A DNA stretch of 64,000 bases from the human T2T-CHM13v2.0 reference genome, Homo sapiens, in NCBI RefSeq assembly GCF_009914755.1, contig NC_060926.1, one strand, 5' to 3'. Below the pieces are notes generated by a model. The model did not search any database. It was not told the DNA's origin and saw nothing but the letters and a program-made list of their open reading frames with translations. Made by a program: the position numbers and the translations under genes. Positions within the stretch are counted from its first letter, which is position 1. Each line of letters starts with the position of its first letter. This document shows positions 20,086 to 34,559 of this stretch, piece by piece.

Positions 20086-20120
20086 TCATCCAGAAGAACG
20101 GGAAGCATTTTCTTCCTCAT
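20086..20120 (-). CDS. RGPD6: RGPD exon 23 coding part DEEENASRSSG*
   Basis: Long pyrimidine tract then ctaaag|ATGAGGAAG...GGA TGA; frame continues from exon 22. Confidence 0.9.
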
Positions 20121-20298
20121 CTTTAGAAAGTAAAACAAAGAAAAAAAAAAGAAAAAAGAGAGTATTAAAATTTCTCAATGTAAAATCTATATTTTAGAAC
20201 CACTCTACAATATAAGCAAATAATGTCTTTTTTACTGATCACATGCCTTTTTTGGTGGGGGGGGGGGGGTTCTTTTTTTTTTTTTTTTTTTGAGATAG

Positions 20299-20655
<357 letters not shown>

Positions 20656-21019
20656 TAATTTTCTATTTTAGCTTTAAAACATTGATAAGCAACATGAAGC
20701 AATCTAGAACTTAACCTTTAAATGGCTTTATTAAAGCAATCCAGCTATGAAAATTATGCAGAAATGATTATCTACAATCTTACCAGCACATAAGAAATTC
20801 TTCCTCTATTCTGAAATACCATCTTCTCACAATATACTTTGATGTTATGAATCAATGTCTGTTCTTGAACATTATTTATTGTCTTTCTCTATTAAACAAT
20901 TCCAAAATAAAATTTCCAGCACAACTAAATATTGTTGACGATAAGGGGATTTAAAAAAAAATTCTTTTAAAACAGAAGCTTATATACAACTTAGAATCTA
21001 AAACCAATAGATTTATGGG

Positions 21020-21680
21020 AAACCTTAAAACTGAACCACAACAAACAAAAACCAAAGTTTTAATCATTTAAAAATCATGTTTATTGAGGTACAACTTACT
21101 TATAGTAAAACCTGCCCTTTTCAGCATATAGCACTGAGTCTTGACAAATGCACAGTTACGTACCACCACCGACCAAGGCCTGGCACATTTTCATCTCCTC
21201 AAAGTTCTCCCTGGCTGCTTCTCCCACTCCTTGGCAACCGCTAACCTGTTTTCTGTCCTTATAGTTCTGCTTTTTTCAGTGTCATATAAGTAGAATCACA
21301 CTGTACATAGTATTTTGAGTCTGACCTCTGTCAACTGGCATAATGCATTTGAGAATTACCCATGTTGCTGAACTGGCAGTGCATTCTTTTTTATTGCTGA
21401 GCAGTATTCAATTGCACGGCTGTACCAGTTTGTTTATTCATTTGCCAGTTGAAGGATAACTGAGATCTTCCTCGTTTTTAGCAATTTTAAAGAAAGTTTC
21501 TACGAATAATTGTGTACAGGTTTTTAATTAAATGTTTTGGAGATATAATTCATATACCACATAATTCACCTTTTTAAAGTGCATAATTCACTGGTTTTTA
21601 ATATATTCACAAGGTTTGTGCATAGGTTTTTGTGTGAATACTGGTTTTCATTCCTCTTGGATAAAGATTTAATTTGGTAT
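21020..21680 (-). mobile_element. L1M 3' end fragments
   Basis: tttattgaggtacaac, cataatgcatttgaga, ttttattgctgagcagtattc, gagatataattcatatacc. Confidence 0.6.
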
Positions 21681-21819
21681 TACCCTTCCAGACACCTTTC
21701 TGTGTTTTCATACGTATATATGTATGACAGTTTGACCTTAGGCAGAGTAGCATTTTCAAAATTTTACATGGGGAAACTTTCTAGAGTTAAAGTCATTTTA
21801 TTTTTCTGTTCTGTCTGGT

Positions 21820-22320
21820 TTTATCTGCGTGTTATTTACAATCTGCTGCGTAACAAATTACTACAAACTTAGTACCTTAACACATATTTATTTCACAGTT
21901 TCTGTGGGTCAGGAGATCAGAAATGGTTCTATTTCAAGGTCTCTCACAGGGCTGCAATCAAGATGTTGGCATGGCTGGGGTCTCATCTGAAGGCTGGACT
22001 GGAGAAGAATCTACTTCCAAACTTATGTGGTAGTTGGAAGAATTTAGTTCCTCAAGGCTGCTAAACTGATGGCCTGTGTTCCTTGCCTCTGGGATGGTAG
22101 CTTGCTTCAACAAAGTGTGCAAGCAGAGAAGACAGAGAGAGGCCGCTAGCAAGATAGAAGCCACAATCTCTTGTAATCTATCATTCTTGCTGTATTCTAC
22201 TGGTTAAACATAACTCATTAGGTTAGCCTACTGGCTCTCAAGGGGAAGAGATTATACAAAGGCATGCATTTCTGGAGGAGGGAATGAGGGCAAACAATTC
22301 TGAAAAGTCTGTCTTCCACA
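21820..22320. mobile_element. MaLR (MLT1-type) LTR
   Basis: gctgcgtaacaaattactacaaacttag...tcacagtttctgtgggtcagga...tcatctgaaggct motifs. Confidence 0.65.
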
Positions 22321-24289
22321 ACCTGAAGAACTTCTAGAAAGTAGGAGGAAGCGATATTGCTTAGGGATGGACAACTTGGCACTGGTTATGTGTTCCAAGT
22401 GAGGTAACCTTGTTCCCAAGAATAAAGAGAACCAGACGACTGTAAACATTTCCCTAAACTGAAATGCAGACTGTTGTATGTTCACCTGAAATGAATGGTG
22501 TAAGCTGAATATAAGATTTTTGACAAAATAAAAATTTTGCTGTGTTCTCAGATCTGGCAGGCTCCTGCCCTTGTGCAAACAATGTTCCTGGCAGCTATTC
22601 ATCTCCTTAGGTAAATAAGAATTGGAGAAAAGCTGTGCTTAGATAGGGTGCATTTGCTCTTGCCTTGGAAGGCTGTTTTCTGATAAGGTTCTATATCCTC
22701 TGCAAATCAAATCAGGCACTTACAGTGTGAGTATGCATTCTCTTCCTGCCAGTCTGGAGATGATCAAAAAGCCTATAACAGGCTTGGCCTATTTTCCTAT
22801 TGGGTTGCTGGGCTTTTTTTCTTTATTTACTTGTAGAGAGTTTTAGACCTCTGTGTATGTATGGTGTACAAGTGACAATATTCAGATCTGTAAACTGTAA
22901 CCCAGTCTGGGAGCAAAGAAGATATACAAAAATGACTTTTACTTCCAGCTTGAGTAGTAAAATTGAGATTCAAATTTTGCATATAGAAGTACTATATGGC
23001 TAACTTATTTGGGGAGCAAAGCTGACTTACCATAAGTCTATCTCAAATAGAAATGAAACACTCAATTTGTGAAATATGCTGAGTTTTAATGCGTGTGGGG
23101 GCAGGGTGAATTAACATTTGTGATGCAAGGAGAAGAGCAATCTATACTTACCACTGTCTATTTGACATTGGGGACTACTGCTACACTCTAAGTCATTTTA
23201 CCTTATAACGCAGAGTTGTAACATGCTACTCTGAGCAGCTCATGACATCTGCTTGAAATTTAAGTTGGGCCCCTAATATGTGTTTATTATAAAGATTTTG
23301 ATGCTGCTTTTCAGAGTTGGGTAACCTACTTTACCCTCCTAAGCTAATGTTTCCCAAATACACCCAAACCCACAGAAAGGAAAACTATTCCTCATTAACT
23401 CACAGCCAACATCATAAACATTTTATATCTAGAGCTGATGATACAGTCAGGTATTTACCAACACTCATGTATGTATGTAGAGTTTCAAGAAATAATTGCT
23501 TATCCTTACCAGATTCAACATATTCTAACGTTTCACATATTATTTTTATTTCTTAATATTTTTTTAAAGATGGGGTTTTACTCTGTTGCCCAGGCTGAAA
23601 TGCAGTGGCGTGACCAGGATTTCGACCAGAAGTTTGACTGCAGCCTCGAACTCCTTCTAACAAACAATCCTGCTGCCTTAGCCTCCCGAGTAGCTAGGAC
23701 TATGGGCACATGCCACCAGATCTGGCATATTTTAAAATTTTTGTAGACATAGGGTCTCGCCATGTTGCCCAGGCTGATTCTGAACTCCTGTTCTCAAGCA
23801 ATCCTCCTGCCTGGTCTTCCCAAACTGTTGGGCTTACAGGTGTGAGTCATTGAGCCCAGCTTGTATTCTTTTGATTTAAAAAAAAAATATCCTGAATGTG
23901 ATCCACCAAATTAATTTCACCATCCACTAATAGGTAGCAACCTGAATGAAAAATACTGTTATAAACTTTACACAAAACCAGAGATTATAAACATTTGCCT
24001 CCAAGGAGATGAGAGAGGCAAAAGGTACTTGTTTGCTCTGATGGGCCCTGTTTCCTTCAGTGCCAGGAAGAGTGGCTCTCAGACCTTTCTTCTGGCATCC
24101 CTCATGTATGCAGTGTTGGTTATTATTTTCAAGGCCTTGGTAACAAAATGCCCCTAGTGTGACCAGTCAGACTGACAGTCCATATCTGTAATATGGTGGT
24201 AAGTTTCCTTTGCATGTCTTTCTTTCTAGCATCTTAGACCTTTTACCTAGGAAATTTTCTTTTTGCTTGAAGTACATCATTAAGAATTT

Positions 24290-24999
<710 letters not shown>

Positions 25000-25929
25000 T
25001 GATCTACCCTCCTCGGCCTGCCAAAGTGCTGGATTACAGGTGTGAGCCACCGCACCAGGCCTTACATTCTCTCTCTTAAAGAGAGAATGTAAGGTATCTA
25101 AATCTGCTGCTAAACCATCATTGTTTTTAATTGTAATAAGGTCTCTTTTATGTACTCACATTGATAAGAGACAAGTAGGAAATAATCTTTAAAGGGCAAA
25201 CTAATGTAAATGTGTTTTCCTGTCTGTTTACAGGACTTAGCAAATGCACATCTTAGAGTTCTGGGTTTCTAATGTGTATCTCCTCTATGAAATTCTTTAA
25301 AAATATCTGTTATTGGTATCCCTTAGGTTAGTCTCTTTTAGAACTTCTAAATCAATGGACCCTTAACTTATAGGAGCCACCTGGACGTTAGCAACACCTA
25401 CATTAAACATGCTGAGCTTTTAAAAGAGGCCTGTTAGACATGCTGAGTATTTTGAGATAGTATCATTGTTGTATTGAAAACTATTGAAAACTTTAATTTT
25501 AAAATGCAAACGTTCTTAAAGTCCTGGTTAATTTTATAACTATAAAATTAGTTATAATTTTGAGATTTCTGTCTTGTTTTTTATAAGGGCAGTTTTACTC
25601 TTAGGTGACTAGAAGTAGATTTCTTCTTTTTTATAACTATAAAATTAGGTTTACTTTTGTTAGAATAAATTAAAGACAGTGAATTTGTAATTTGAATAAG
25701 TATTAAAAATATACATGATGTATTCTTATTTGGGCCCTTGTGACAAAAATACTATTGTGGCTATAGAAACCTATCCTATAGTTTGAAGAACTGAGATTAC
25801 TGTCAGTATTGAGAACATTCCTCCTTCATCATTAGAAAGATTATTAAAAACCAGATTCAAAGAAACTATCAATACTACTTATGAAGTATGTCTGTAAAAA
25901 AAATTAAGCCTGAATCTTATCAGGCCTCT

Positions 25930-26090
25930 AGACCGGGGGTTCTCAAGGTATGGGCCCCAGACCAGAAGCATCAGCAACAAATTGCTAAAAATGCAGAATC
26001 TTGGGTCAGAAATTGGGGACCAGCAATTGGAATTTTAGTAAGTATACCAGATGATTCAGATGCCTGCTCAATTTTGAGGATGACTCTTAT
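25930..26090. mobile_element. MER5-like DNA transposon fragment
   Basis: ggttctcaaggtatgggccccagaccagaagcatcagc...aaatgcagaatc...gatgattcagatgc. Confidence 0.55.
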
Positions 26091-26496
26091 CAGTTTAGTT
26101 ATTAGGGTTTACAGGGGATGGGGAACATGTTAAAGAACACCAACTAGATAAGGTCAATCAGTCAAAAGTAAGTTGTCTGGACATTCTGGGCCTCCTCATG
26201 TCTTAGAAAGCACACAATACCATCTATGATGTATTTTTGTCCACCATCCCACCCAATTGCACCTGGATCTTCCTATTTATAGGCAATTGGAACAAGCTCA
26301 GTGTTACCCTGTAATGATTAAAACCCAAATATAGAACTGCTATAGCATAAATGACCACTTTCTTCAATTAATAAGTGGCACATTAAAAATATACTTATAT
26401 ATATAATTGTTATAGATAAAAAAACAACAAAATGGCTGGGTGTGGTGGCTCACACCTGTAATCCCAGCACTTTGGGAGGCCAAGGCGGGCAGATCA

Positions 26497-26736
<240 letters not shown>

Positions 26737-27180
26737 TTAAGGAATATCAACCAAATGCAATATATGAGCCCTATTTAGGATACTATAAAAAGACATTCAC
26801 AATAACACAGGCAAAATGAACATAAACTAGGTATAGGTGACAGAGAAATCCAATAAACATTGAATTATTCACTGGGGAAAGAAATGATGTGTGGGATTTA
26901 AGTCTCTAACTCTCCCCTAGTTACGCCAAAAGATTGTCCATGAGTTGAAAACTGTTAGAGATGGGTGACAACTCAAGAGAGATTATAGCGTCTTCCTTGT
27001 GCTTGTAAATGTCAAAAATAAAAGTAATTTAAAACTAAAACAAAAACGAAACCATAATTCTTAAGATGCAGCTTGAATTCAGTTAACTATAGCAGTTGTA
27101 TATGAAGCATTTCAAAGAAGTTAATGACATCACAGTATTAAATCCATCTGACATGGAAACCAACTCTAACTACATCATAG

Positions 27181-27476
27181 TTTTTTGTTTTTTTTTTTTG
27201 AGATGGAGTCTCGCTCTGCCATCAGGCTGGAGTACAGTGGCGTGACACATCACTGCAACCTCCGCCTCGTGAGTTCAAGCGACTCTGCTGCCTCAGCCTC
27301 CTGAGTAGCTGGGACTACAGGCGCATGCCACCACGTCCAGCTAATTTTTGTATTTTTAGTAGAGACGAGATTTCACCATGTTGGCCAGGATGGTCTCGGT
27401 ATCTTGATCTTGTGATCCGCCTGCCTCGGCCTCCCAAAGTGGTGGGATTATAGGCGTGAACCACCGGCGCCTGGCC
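27181..27476 (-). mobile_element. Alu inserted into one copy of the local direct repeat
   Basis: Full-length antisense Alu interrupting the 27075-27620 copy. Confidence 0.9.
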
Positions 27477-27951
27477 TATGGCACAGTTTTAAAACTGCAT
27501 TTGCCTAGAAAGTGGACTGCTGTATATAGACCAAGTGTTGGGCTCTATGGCTCCATTGTCTTAGGCTATTTGGGGTTGGAGGAAGGAAGAGGCGTGAAGT
27601 AGAAAAGGAACAAGCTAATAAATGTTTTTTAAAAAGTAGAATTTAAAACAAAACCACGTTCAGCTGAACACCAGAACTCAACCCCAGGATAAAAATCCAA
27701 TTTTCAAAGAGCTAGAAGATCAAGCTAAGCACTTATTGTATTTTGCTGAACGTTAAAATTATATAAATGTACTACAGTTGCCTCAAGATGTTAAAAAGTC
27801 AGCTTTTCAAATCTAGTCACGGCCTACTCATATGACAGACCCAATTCAAATGAGCAAAATTGAAAAGTTACACATACAGACAACTTCTCAACCACCAGGC
27901 TGTTTAGTTTAAGTTAGAAGTCAGAAGTTCTGAGACTCTCCTTTTACCCAC

Positions 27952-28153
27952 CTTGAGCAACCGCAGCAAGTTTTCCCTTTTCTTCAGGGCTGAGCTGCAA
28001 CATCGTATTTATAACAGGAAGAAGTCTCTCTCTTTCACTACCTGGCTTCAAGAAAATGAACTGCAGCAAGACGTTCTTCAAGTATTCCAGGTTAGCTGCA
28101 GACTTCTCTCGCTCTTGATTCCTTTCCAATCTTCTTATTTCACTTTTGAGAAG
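27952..28153 (-). CDS. RGPD6: RGPD exon 22 (GCC2-derived), GRIP domain LEYLKNVLLQFIF...LLPVINTMLQLSPEE
   Basis: accag|CTTCTC...GCTCAAG|gtgggt; 202 nt; GRIP consensus; ORF 27944..28129. Confidence 0.95.
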
Positions 28154-29115
28154 CTGGTGTTAGAGAAATGAGTTAAAAATGGGCTTTAGGAGCTTCTGAT
28201 TAAATATGGCAGACTGAACTCATGTATTTTTCTTCTCTTCCCCCCAAATTTCCCCCTTCCCTCCATATGGCAATAAAGGAAGGAATTCAGTTAACTACAG
28301 CAGCTGCATGTGAAGCATTTCAAAGGAGTTTATGACATCACCGTATAAAATCCATTTGACATGAAAACCGGAACTCCAACTATGAGATAGTTTCAAAGCT
28401 GCATTTGCCTAGAAAGTGGATTGCTGCATATGAACCAAGTGTTGGGCTATAGGACTCCATTGTCCTAAGCTATTTGGGGTTGGAAGGAAGAGGGGCGAAG
28501 TAGAAAAGCAACAAGCTAATACAAGAGGAGAAAAAGTAGATGAGACACATCAAGAAATTCTCACGAGAAACAGATGAAGAGGTGGAAATGAGTCAGTCCA
28601 GCAGCTTACCAAGTATCACTGACAAGAGGAGAGGATGCATCCTGTGTAAATACTGGGGTTCTTGTCTCAGAAGCACAGGGTATCATGGAAATGGAGTTGA
28701 AAGCTGGGGAACTGATGGAACGTCTCCATGAGGAGCAACTAACTGGAGCCATGGGTTGGTACCAAGATGTTCCCTCTGCCTTCTACTTTCGATAGAAACT
28801 AAGCCAGTATGGCATGGGGCTCTGAAAATGGGCTGAGGGGAACATCGGCAGCCTCCACTAACCCCCTGCCCCTACCCTGTTCCTAAAGTCCCAGGCAGTT
28901 AAGACGTCCACAGTGAACGGCACTTAATCAAAACAAAAGTTCAGACACAGTGAAAATTCAGGAATATAAGACAATGTAAAACACTATCAGAGAAATGAGG
29001 CAAAGAACACTATAAAAAAGGTAATATCATGTTCAAGTCTTTGAGGAAGATTTCCAGGTTGAAACCAAGCCATAGCTTTTAGTATATTTTCATTTTAGGT
29101 TAGGCAAGAAAGTTA

Positions 29116-29599
<484 letters not shown>

Positions 29600-30344
29600 T
29601 TATTTTATAGAGATGCATACTGAAGTATTTAATGGTGGAATGTCATGATATATACAATTTACTGAAAATAACTGAATTCGGCTTTAAAATAATCTGACAA
29701 GGATAGCTAGTGGCCTTGCACAGTGGCAGGACAGATCTATTAGGAGCAGCAAAGTACAGGGGAAAAGCATGTACTTTTCAGACAGCTATGAGTTTGAATT
29801 TTGTTCCACCATTTACCAGCTTCAATTTTTCTCTCAACCAGTGATGAGATTAAATAACGTATGTAAAGCCCAGGGCCTGGGTCATAAGAACTCCTCAACA
29901 AGCAGTATGACTATATTCTGAGGGGTGATTTATCAGTGAGCCAGGGTGGAAAAACCTCATTTGAGTAATCCTCAACTGTTCTGCAACATTCCTAGATGTT
30001 TCTGGTGTCTACTTTAAACAGGAAAAACTTCCCATGCCACTTTGCCATCTCCACCTGAAAACTGTTTAGTAGTTCAGTACTATAAATATCAGTTGAATAA
30101 TTTAAATTCACTGGTTATCTTTAGAATTCAAAGACTCACACCCATTTTTTATTTAAGCATATGTGAACAATGATTTGTGAACATCTCTCTAGTTTCTAAA
30201 TCTATTACGGTTTCTTAGGAAAAGTAGGAATTAAGAAATAATCTTTATGTAATAGGTGTAAAAGAAGTATTTTGGCTGGATGCGGTGGCTCACACCTGTA
30301 ATACCCGCACTTTGGGAGGCCAAGGCAGGTGGATCACGAGGTCA

Positions 30345-30593
<249 letters not shown>

Positions 30594-30720
30594 CTAATAT
30601 AAAGATCAAGACGTTATAGATGCATCTGCAATGTGAATTTTTAAACTTGGGTGCATGTGTGTGGAGGGTCCAGAAAACCAAACTGGCGGTTTTCACGGTG
30701 GCCAGGTTTTCTGATCTCAC

Positions 30721-30860
30721 CTTAATTTGCTCCATAAGGACTGCATTGGTTGCCTCTATTTCCCGAAGCAGGCCGTTTAAGTGATCTGCACTTTTTGTGG
30801 TGGAACGGAGCTTCTGAACCAATTCTTCTTTGGTAAATTCAGCATGCCATAATGGAGGCT
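30721..30860 (-). CDS. RGPD6: RGPD exon 21 (GCC2-derived) EPPLWHAEFTKEELVQKL...MEQIK
   Basis: ttgcag|AGCCTCC...ATTAAG|gtgaga; 140 nt; ORF 30586..30879. Confidence 0.93.
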
Positions 30861-31778
30861 CTGCAAGATGTTGTTCCAAGAATTAATTTTCAAAATCATA
30901 CATTACAGATGAAGATTCTAAATAAGAAAAATCTAAATATAAATATCTTACTATGTGATATTTTATAGGTCTGCTTTCTTTGCCATTCATCTATTCAGCA
31001 TACCTCAATCAACAGATTATATGTTGTAGGTGACACAAATAAAACAGTATCTCTGTTGTAAAGCATGTAATCTAACTGAATAAAGCCCTATGAATCCCAG
31101 TTCTGAAATTTGTCAGAATTGTGTTTATAGACAGTTTTATTACACATCTTCTTCCCATCTATTAATATTCCAAGATTTTATGTCATTTCACGTATAAGGA
31201 AAGCATTAACATTTACTGGTCACGTATCATGTTCCCTCATAAGAATCTTCTATCAGGCGGGGTAGGTATCATTATTCAAACTTTACAGATGATGAAACAG
31301 GCTCACAGTTGACAGGTAATTTTTTCAGAAATCACAAAGTCAAATTGGCTTCTGGAGTCTGCTGCTCTATCATGATGCCTCCGTGTCACCACTATTAACT
31401 TTGCCTGAAGGAACCATGACTTGCAGTTTCTACCCCACGTGGTCAGTGACCATGAATACAAATGACCCTTACTCCAGGTGATTCTGAAGTTTCAGGAAGA
31501 TGACAGATTCCCCCTAAATTTTGAACAGTAATATTAATTACAAGTAATAAAATATACCAAAACATCACTACAAAAATTTAGCATTACTTCATCAAGAGGA
31601 ATAAACTGAAACTGTCAGTTTCTTGGAAGGGTGAGAGGATAGTTTATCCTGCTTTCTAATACCCACCACCTATTTGTGACTATAAACTTCCCACCACTTA
31701 TTTATGGTTCAAGCCTAGGGCAAGAGCTAGCATTTTATTTTAAAAAAGATTTGTTTAATAATTTTTCCATTTGGACAG

Positions 31779-32212
31779 TGTGATGGTTAATACTGGGTGT
31801 CAACCTGATTGGATTAAAGGATGCAAAGTATTAATCCGAGTGTTGTCTGTGAGGGTGTTGCCAAAGGGATTAACATTTGAGTCAGTGGGCTGGGGAAGGC
31901 AGACCCACCCTTAATCTGGTAGGTGCCATCTAATCAGCTGCCAGCGAATATAAAGCAGGCAGAAAAACCTGAAAAGGCGAGACTGGCCTAGCCTCCCAAG
32001 CTACATCTTTCTCCTGTGCTGGATGCTTCCTGCCCTTGAACATCAGACTCCTAGTTCTTCAGTTTTGGAACTTGGACTGGCTCTCGTTGCTCCTCAGTCT
32101 GCAGATGGCCTAGTGATCGTGTAAGGTAATACTTAATAAGCATCCATCCATCCATCCCATCCATCCATCCAACCATCCAATTAGTTCTGTCCCTCTAGAG
32201 AACCCTAATACA
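31779..32212 (+). mobile_element. MLT2A-type (HERV-L) solo LTR
   Basis: Starts TGTGATGGTTAATACTG, ends CCCTCTAGAGAACCCTAATACA; flanks gacag/aacag resemble a 5-bp TSD; internal (ATCC)n tract. Confidence 0.85.
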
Positions 32213-32342
32213 AACAGGTAGTGGAATATTGAAAGAAATTTTATTGGAGCAGCCCAAAAAAGCATATGTACCTTAGAGTAATAGTAATTAAATAAGACAG
32301 TGAAATTAAAGAAGAAGAACATATTTAGACAGAGTAACAGAC

Positions 32343-32537
32343 CAAGTTTAGTTTCGGGAGAATTAAGCAGCTGCTCTAAAGACTGTGTGTATGTGCTGGC
32401 GGAAGACACAGACTCCGTATCAGTTGTCTCCATGCCTTCTCCCTCTTCCTGGGTTACAGTGTGCATGTCTAGAAGCGGGAGGTCTGTGTTTCTCCTTTCT
32501 CGAAGGTTCTTCAAAGATTGTTGAGAGGAAACTGGGC
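32343..32537 (-). CDS. Retained GCC2-derived exon, probably skipped (PVSSQQSLKNLRERRNTDLPLLDM...SPETKL)
   Basis: aatag|GCCCAG...AAACTTG|gtctgt; 195 nt, phase 1-1, open frame; ORF 32110..32514 matches the GCC2 segment preceding EPPLWH. Confidence 0.75.
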
Positions 32538-33433
32538 CTATTAGATTTTTTTTAAAGGTTAAGTGTGAGATTGTTCAAAATCTATTGATTCGGCCTTACA
32601 GAGGTACACAATAAAATGAAAATATCAAATGATAAGAGTAGAGGAATTAAGTAACTATAAGTGAAAGGTGTATGAAGAATTGCTAAAACATTTCTTAAAA
32701 TTTAGTCATCAAGGCCGGGCGTGGTGGCTCAAATCTGTAATCCTAGCAGTTTGGGAGGCTAAGGTGGGTGGATCACGAGGTCAGCAAGTTCAAGACCAGC
32801 CTGGCCAAGATGGTGAAACCCTATCTCTACTAAAAATACAAAAATTAGCCAGGCACAGTGGCAGGTGCCTGTAATCCCAGCTGCTGGGGAGGCTGAGGCA
32901 GAGAATTGCTGGAAACCAGGAGGCGGAGGTTGCAGTGAGCCAAGATCACGCCACCGCACTCCAGCCTGGCGACAGAGCGAGACGCCAGCTCAAAAAAAAA
33001 AAACAACAAAAAAAAACTTACTCATCAAACTTTTAACTACGTTAGTCATTTTAATAGCAGCTATAAATTAATTGCTACTAGCTAAGATAAACTGTTAGAT
33101 AACACAGCTCATAATATAGTACTACTTATTTTTTATTAATTTAGAGTAGAGGGCCAAACTACTGCTAAATACTGGCCAAAATTAAAAGACTAGATTCTAG
33201 AAATTTTTCAGGATTAGGTATTTCAGATTGCTGCATACTTCTTGAAACACACTTGCTGAAATCTGCTTGGTAGACATCCTCAATCACTGCCCTTATACCT
33301 TTACCTCTGCAGCTTCTTAATTGTTGCTGCTCACACCTACAGTGCTCATACAGTTAAGAGCCCAGAATCCAGGGCACGGAACTAATCAATTACATTGCCT
33401 AGCAAGACTTTCCTGTTTGCTGATAAACTGTAA

Positions 33434-33595
<162 letters not shown>

Positions 33596-34437
33596 TAATT
33601 TTTGTACTTTTAATAGAGATGGGATTTCACCATGTTGTTCAGACTGGTCTCAAACTCCTGGCCTCATGTGATCCAACTGCTTTGGCTCCCAAAGTGCTCA
33701 GATTGCAGGGGTGAGACACCACGCCTGGTCTAAACTGTAAAGTTTACCAGGCCCTTTGACATGTATTGGTTTATTGACTCCCAAAAATCTGAAGTTCAGA
33801 GAAATTTAATGACTTTGCCCAAGGTCTCATAACTGAGTTAGAAACCAGAATTGTAATCTAGATTTTTATTTAAACTTCAGATTTCATTTATTTTGCATTT
33901 CATTAAATTGCCTTAGTCCTGACTGCCCTTTCTGAAGCATTTTCCTGGGTTTCTGGTAAGCTGACTGCTTATTCCACTGCTGATTGCTAGATTACAATCT
34001 CTTGTGCGACCTTTGCCCTGGCTGATTACTTCCTTTGTTGATTCTTTGGCATATATTAAATTCTTCTGAAGTTGCTTTTTTACCCTAATAAGTGACCGAT
34101 AGCTGCTAATGCTCCAGTGACAATATTTCCCATGGGAAACCAAAACACCATCAACTTGCTACTAAAATACTGCATCATCATGGCTGACATTTTTCCATTT
34201 CTTCCTGGAAGCAGAATGGAAGATACTGGGTACGGCTGAACTAAAACTCCAACTAATTGTAAATGTGAAAGCAAAGAAGCTATATTGGTTATGCAATTCT
34301 ACACATTCAGTGCCGCTTGAGTGTTTCTAAGTTCCTTGCTCTAGCTAATGTTTCTATTTAAAAAGTAGACAAATTTGATGACTAACAACGGAGAACACGA
34401 AACAAATCTGGTGAATACCAGAATTAAGACATGTGTC

Positions 34438-34524
34438 AGCCAGGCGCAGTGGCTCATGCCTGTAATCCCAGCACTTTGGGAGGCCGAGGCGGGTGGATCA
34501 CGAGGTCAGGAGACCGAGACTATC
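34438..34524 (+). mobile_element. Alu 5' fragment truncated at the RANBP2/GCC2 junction
   Basis: Alu consensus for about 85 nt, then abrupt switch to the RANBP2 exon remnant; no poly-A or TSD. Confidence 0.9.
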
Positions 34525-34559
34525 TGAGGGAGAATCTTCAGGTTTTTTCTTCTCTTTTG
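34522..34559 (-). pseudogene. 5' remnant of RANBP2 exon 21 ([13 protein letters not shown]), broken and fused to an Alu half
   Basis: gttacag|CAAAAGAGAAGAAAAAACCTGAAGATTCTCCCTCAGAT continues the RANBP2 protein after PEK, then switches abruptly to Alu sequence. Confidence 0.85.

Larger units (their letters stand above)
27075..28521 (+). repeat. Diverged direct repeat of about 240 bp flanking the GRIP exon (27075-27620 with Alu insertion; 28283-28521)
   Basis: Both copies run gaattcagttaacta...gaagcatttcaaa...ctgcatttgcctagaaagtgga...aagtagaaaag..acaagctaata. Confidence 0.9.

Noticed and set aside
20086-20088. Programmed readthrough or selenocysteine at the TGA
   Set aside because: Context is TGA-GCA, not TGA-CTAG, no SECIS was recognised, and a simple TGG>TGA mutation explains it
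20257-20269. G13 run near the last exon
   Set aside because: Part of an Alu tail; G-quadruplex or splicing role is unsupported
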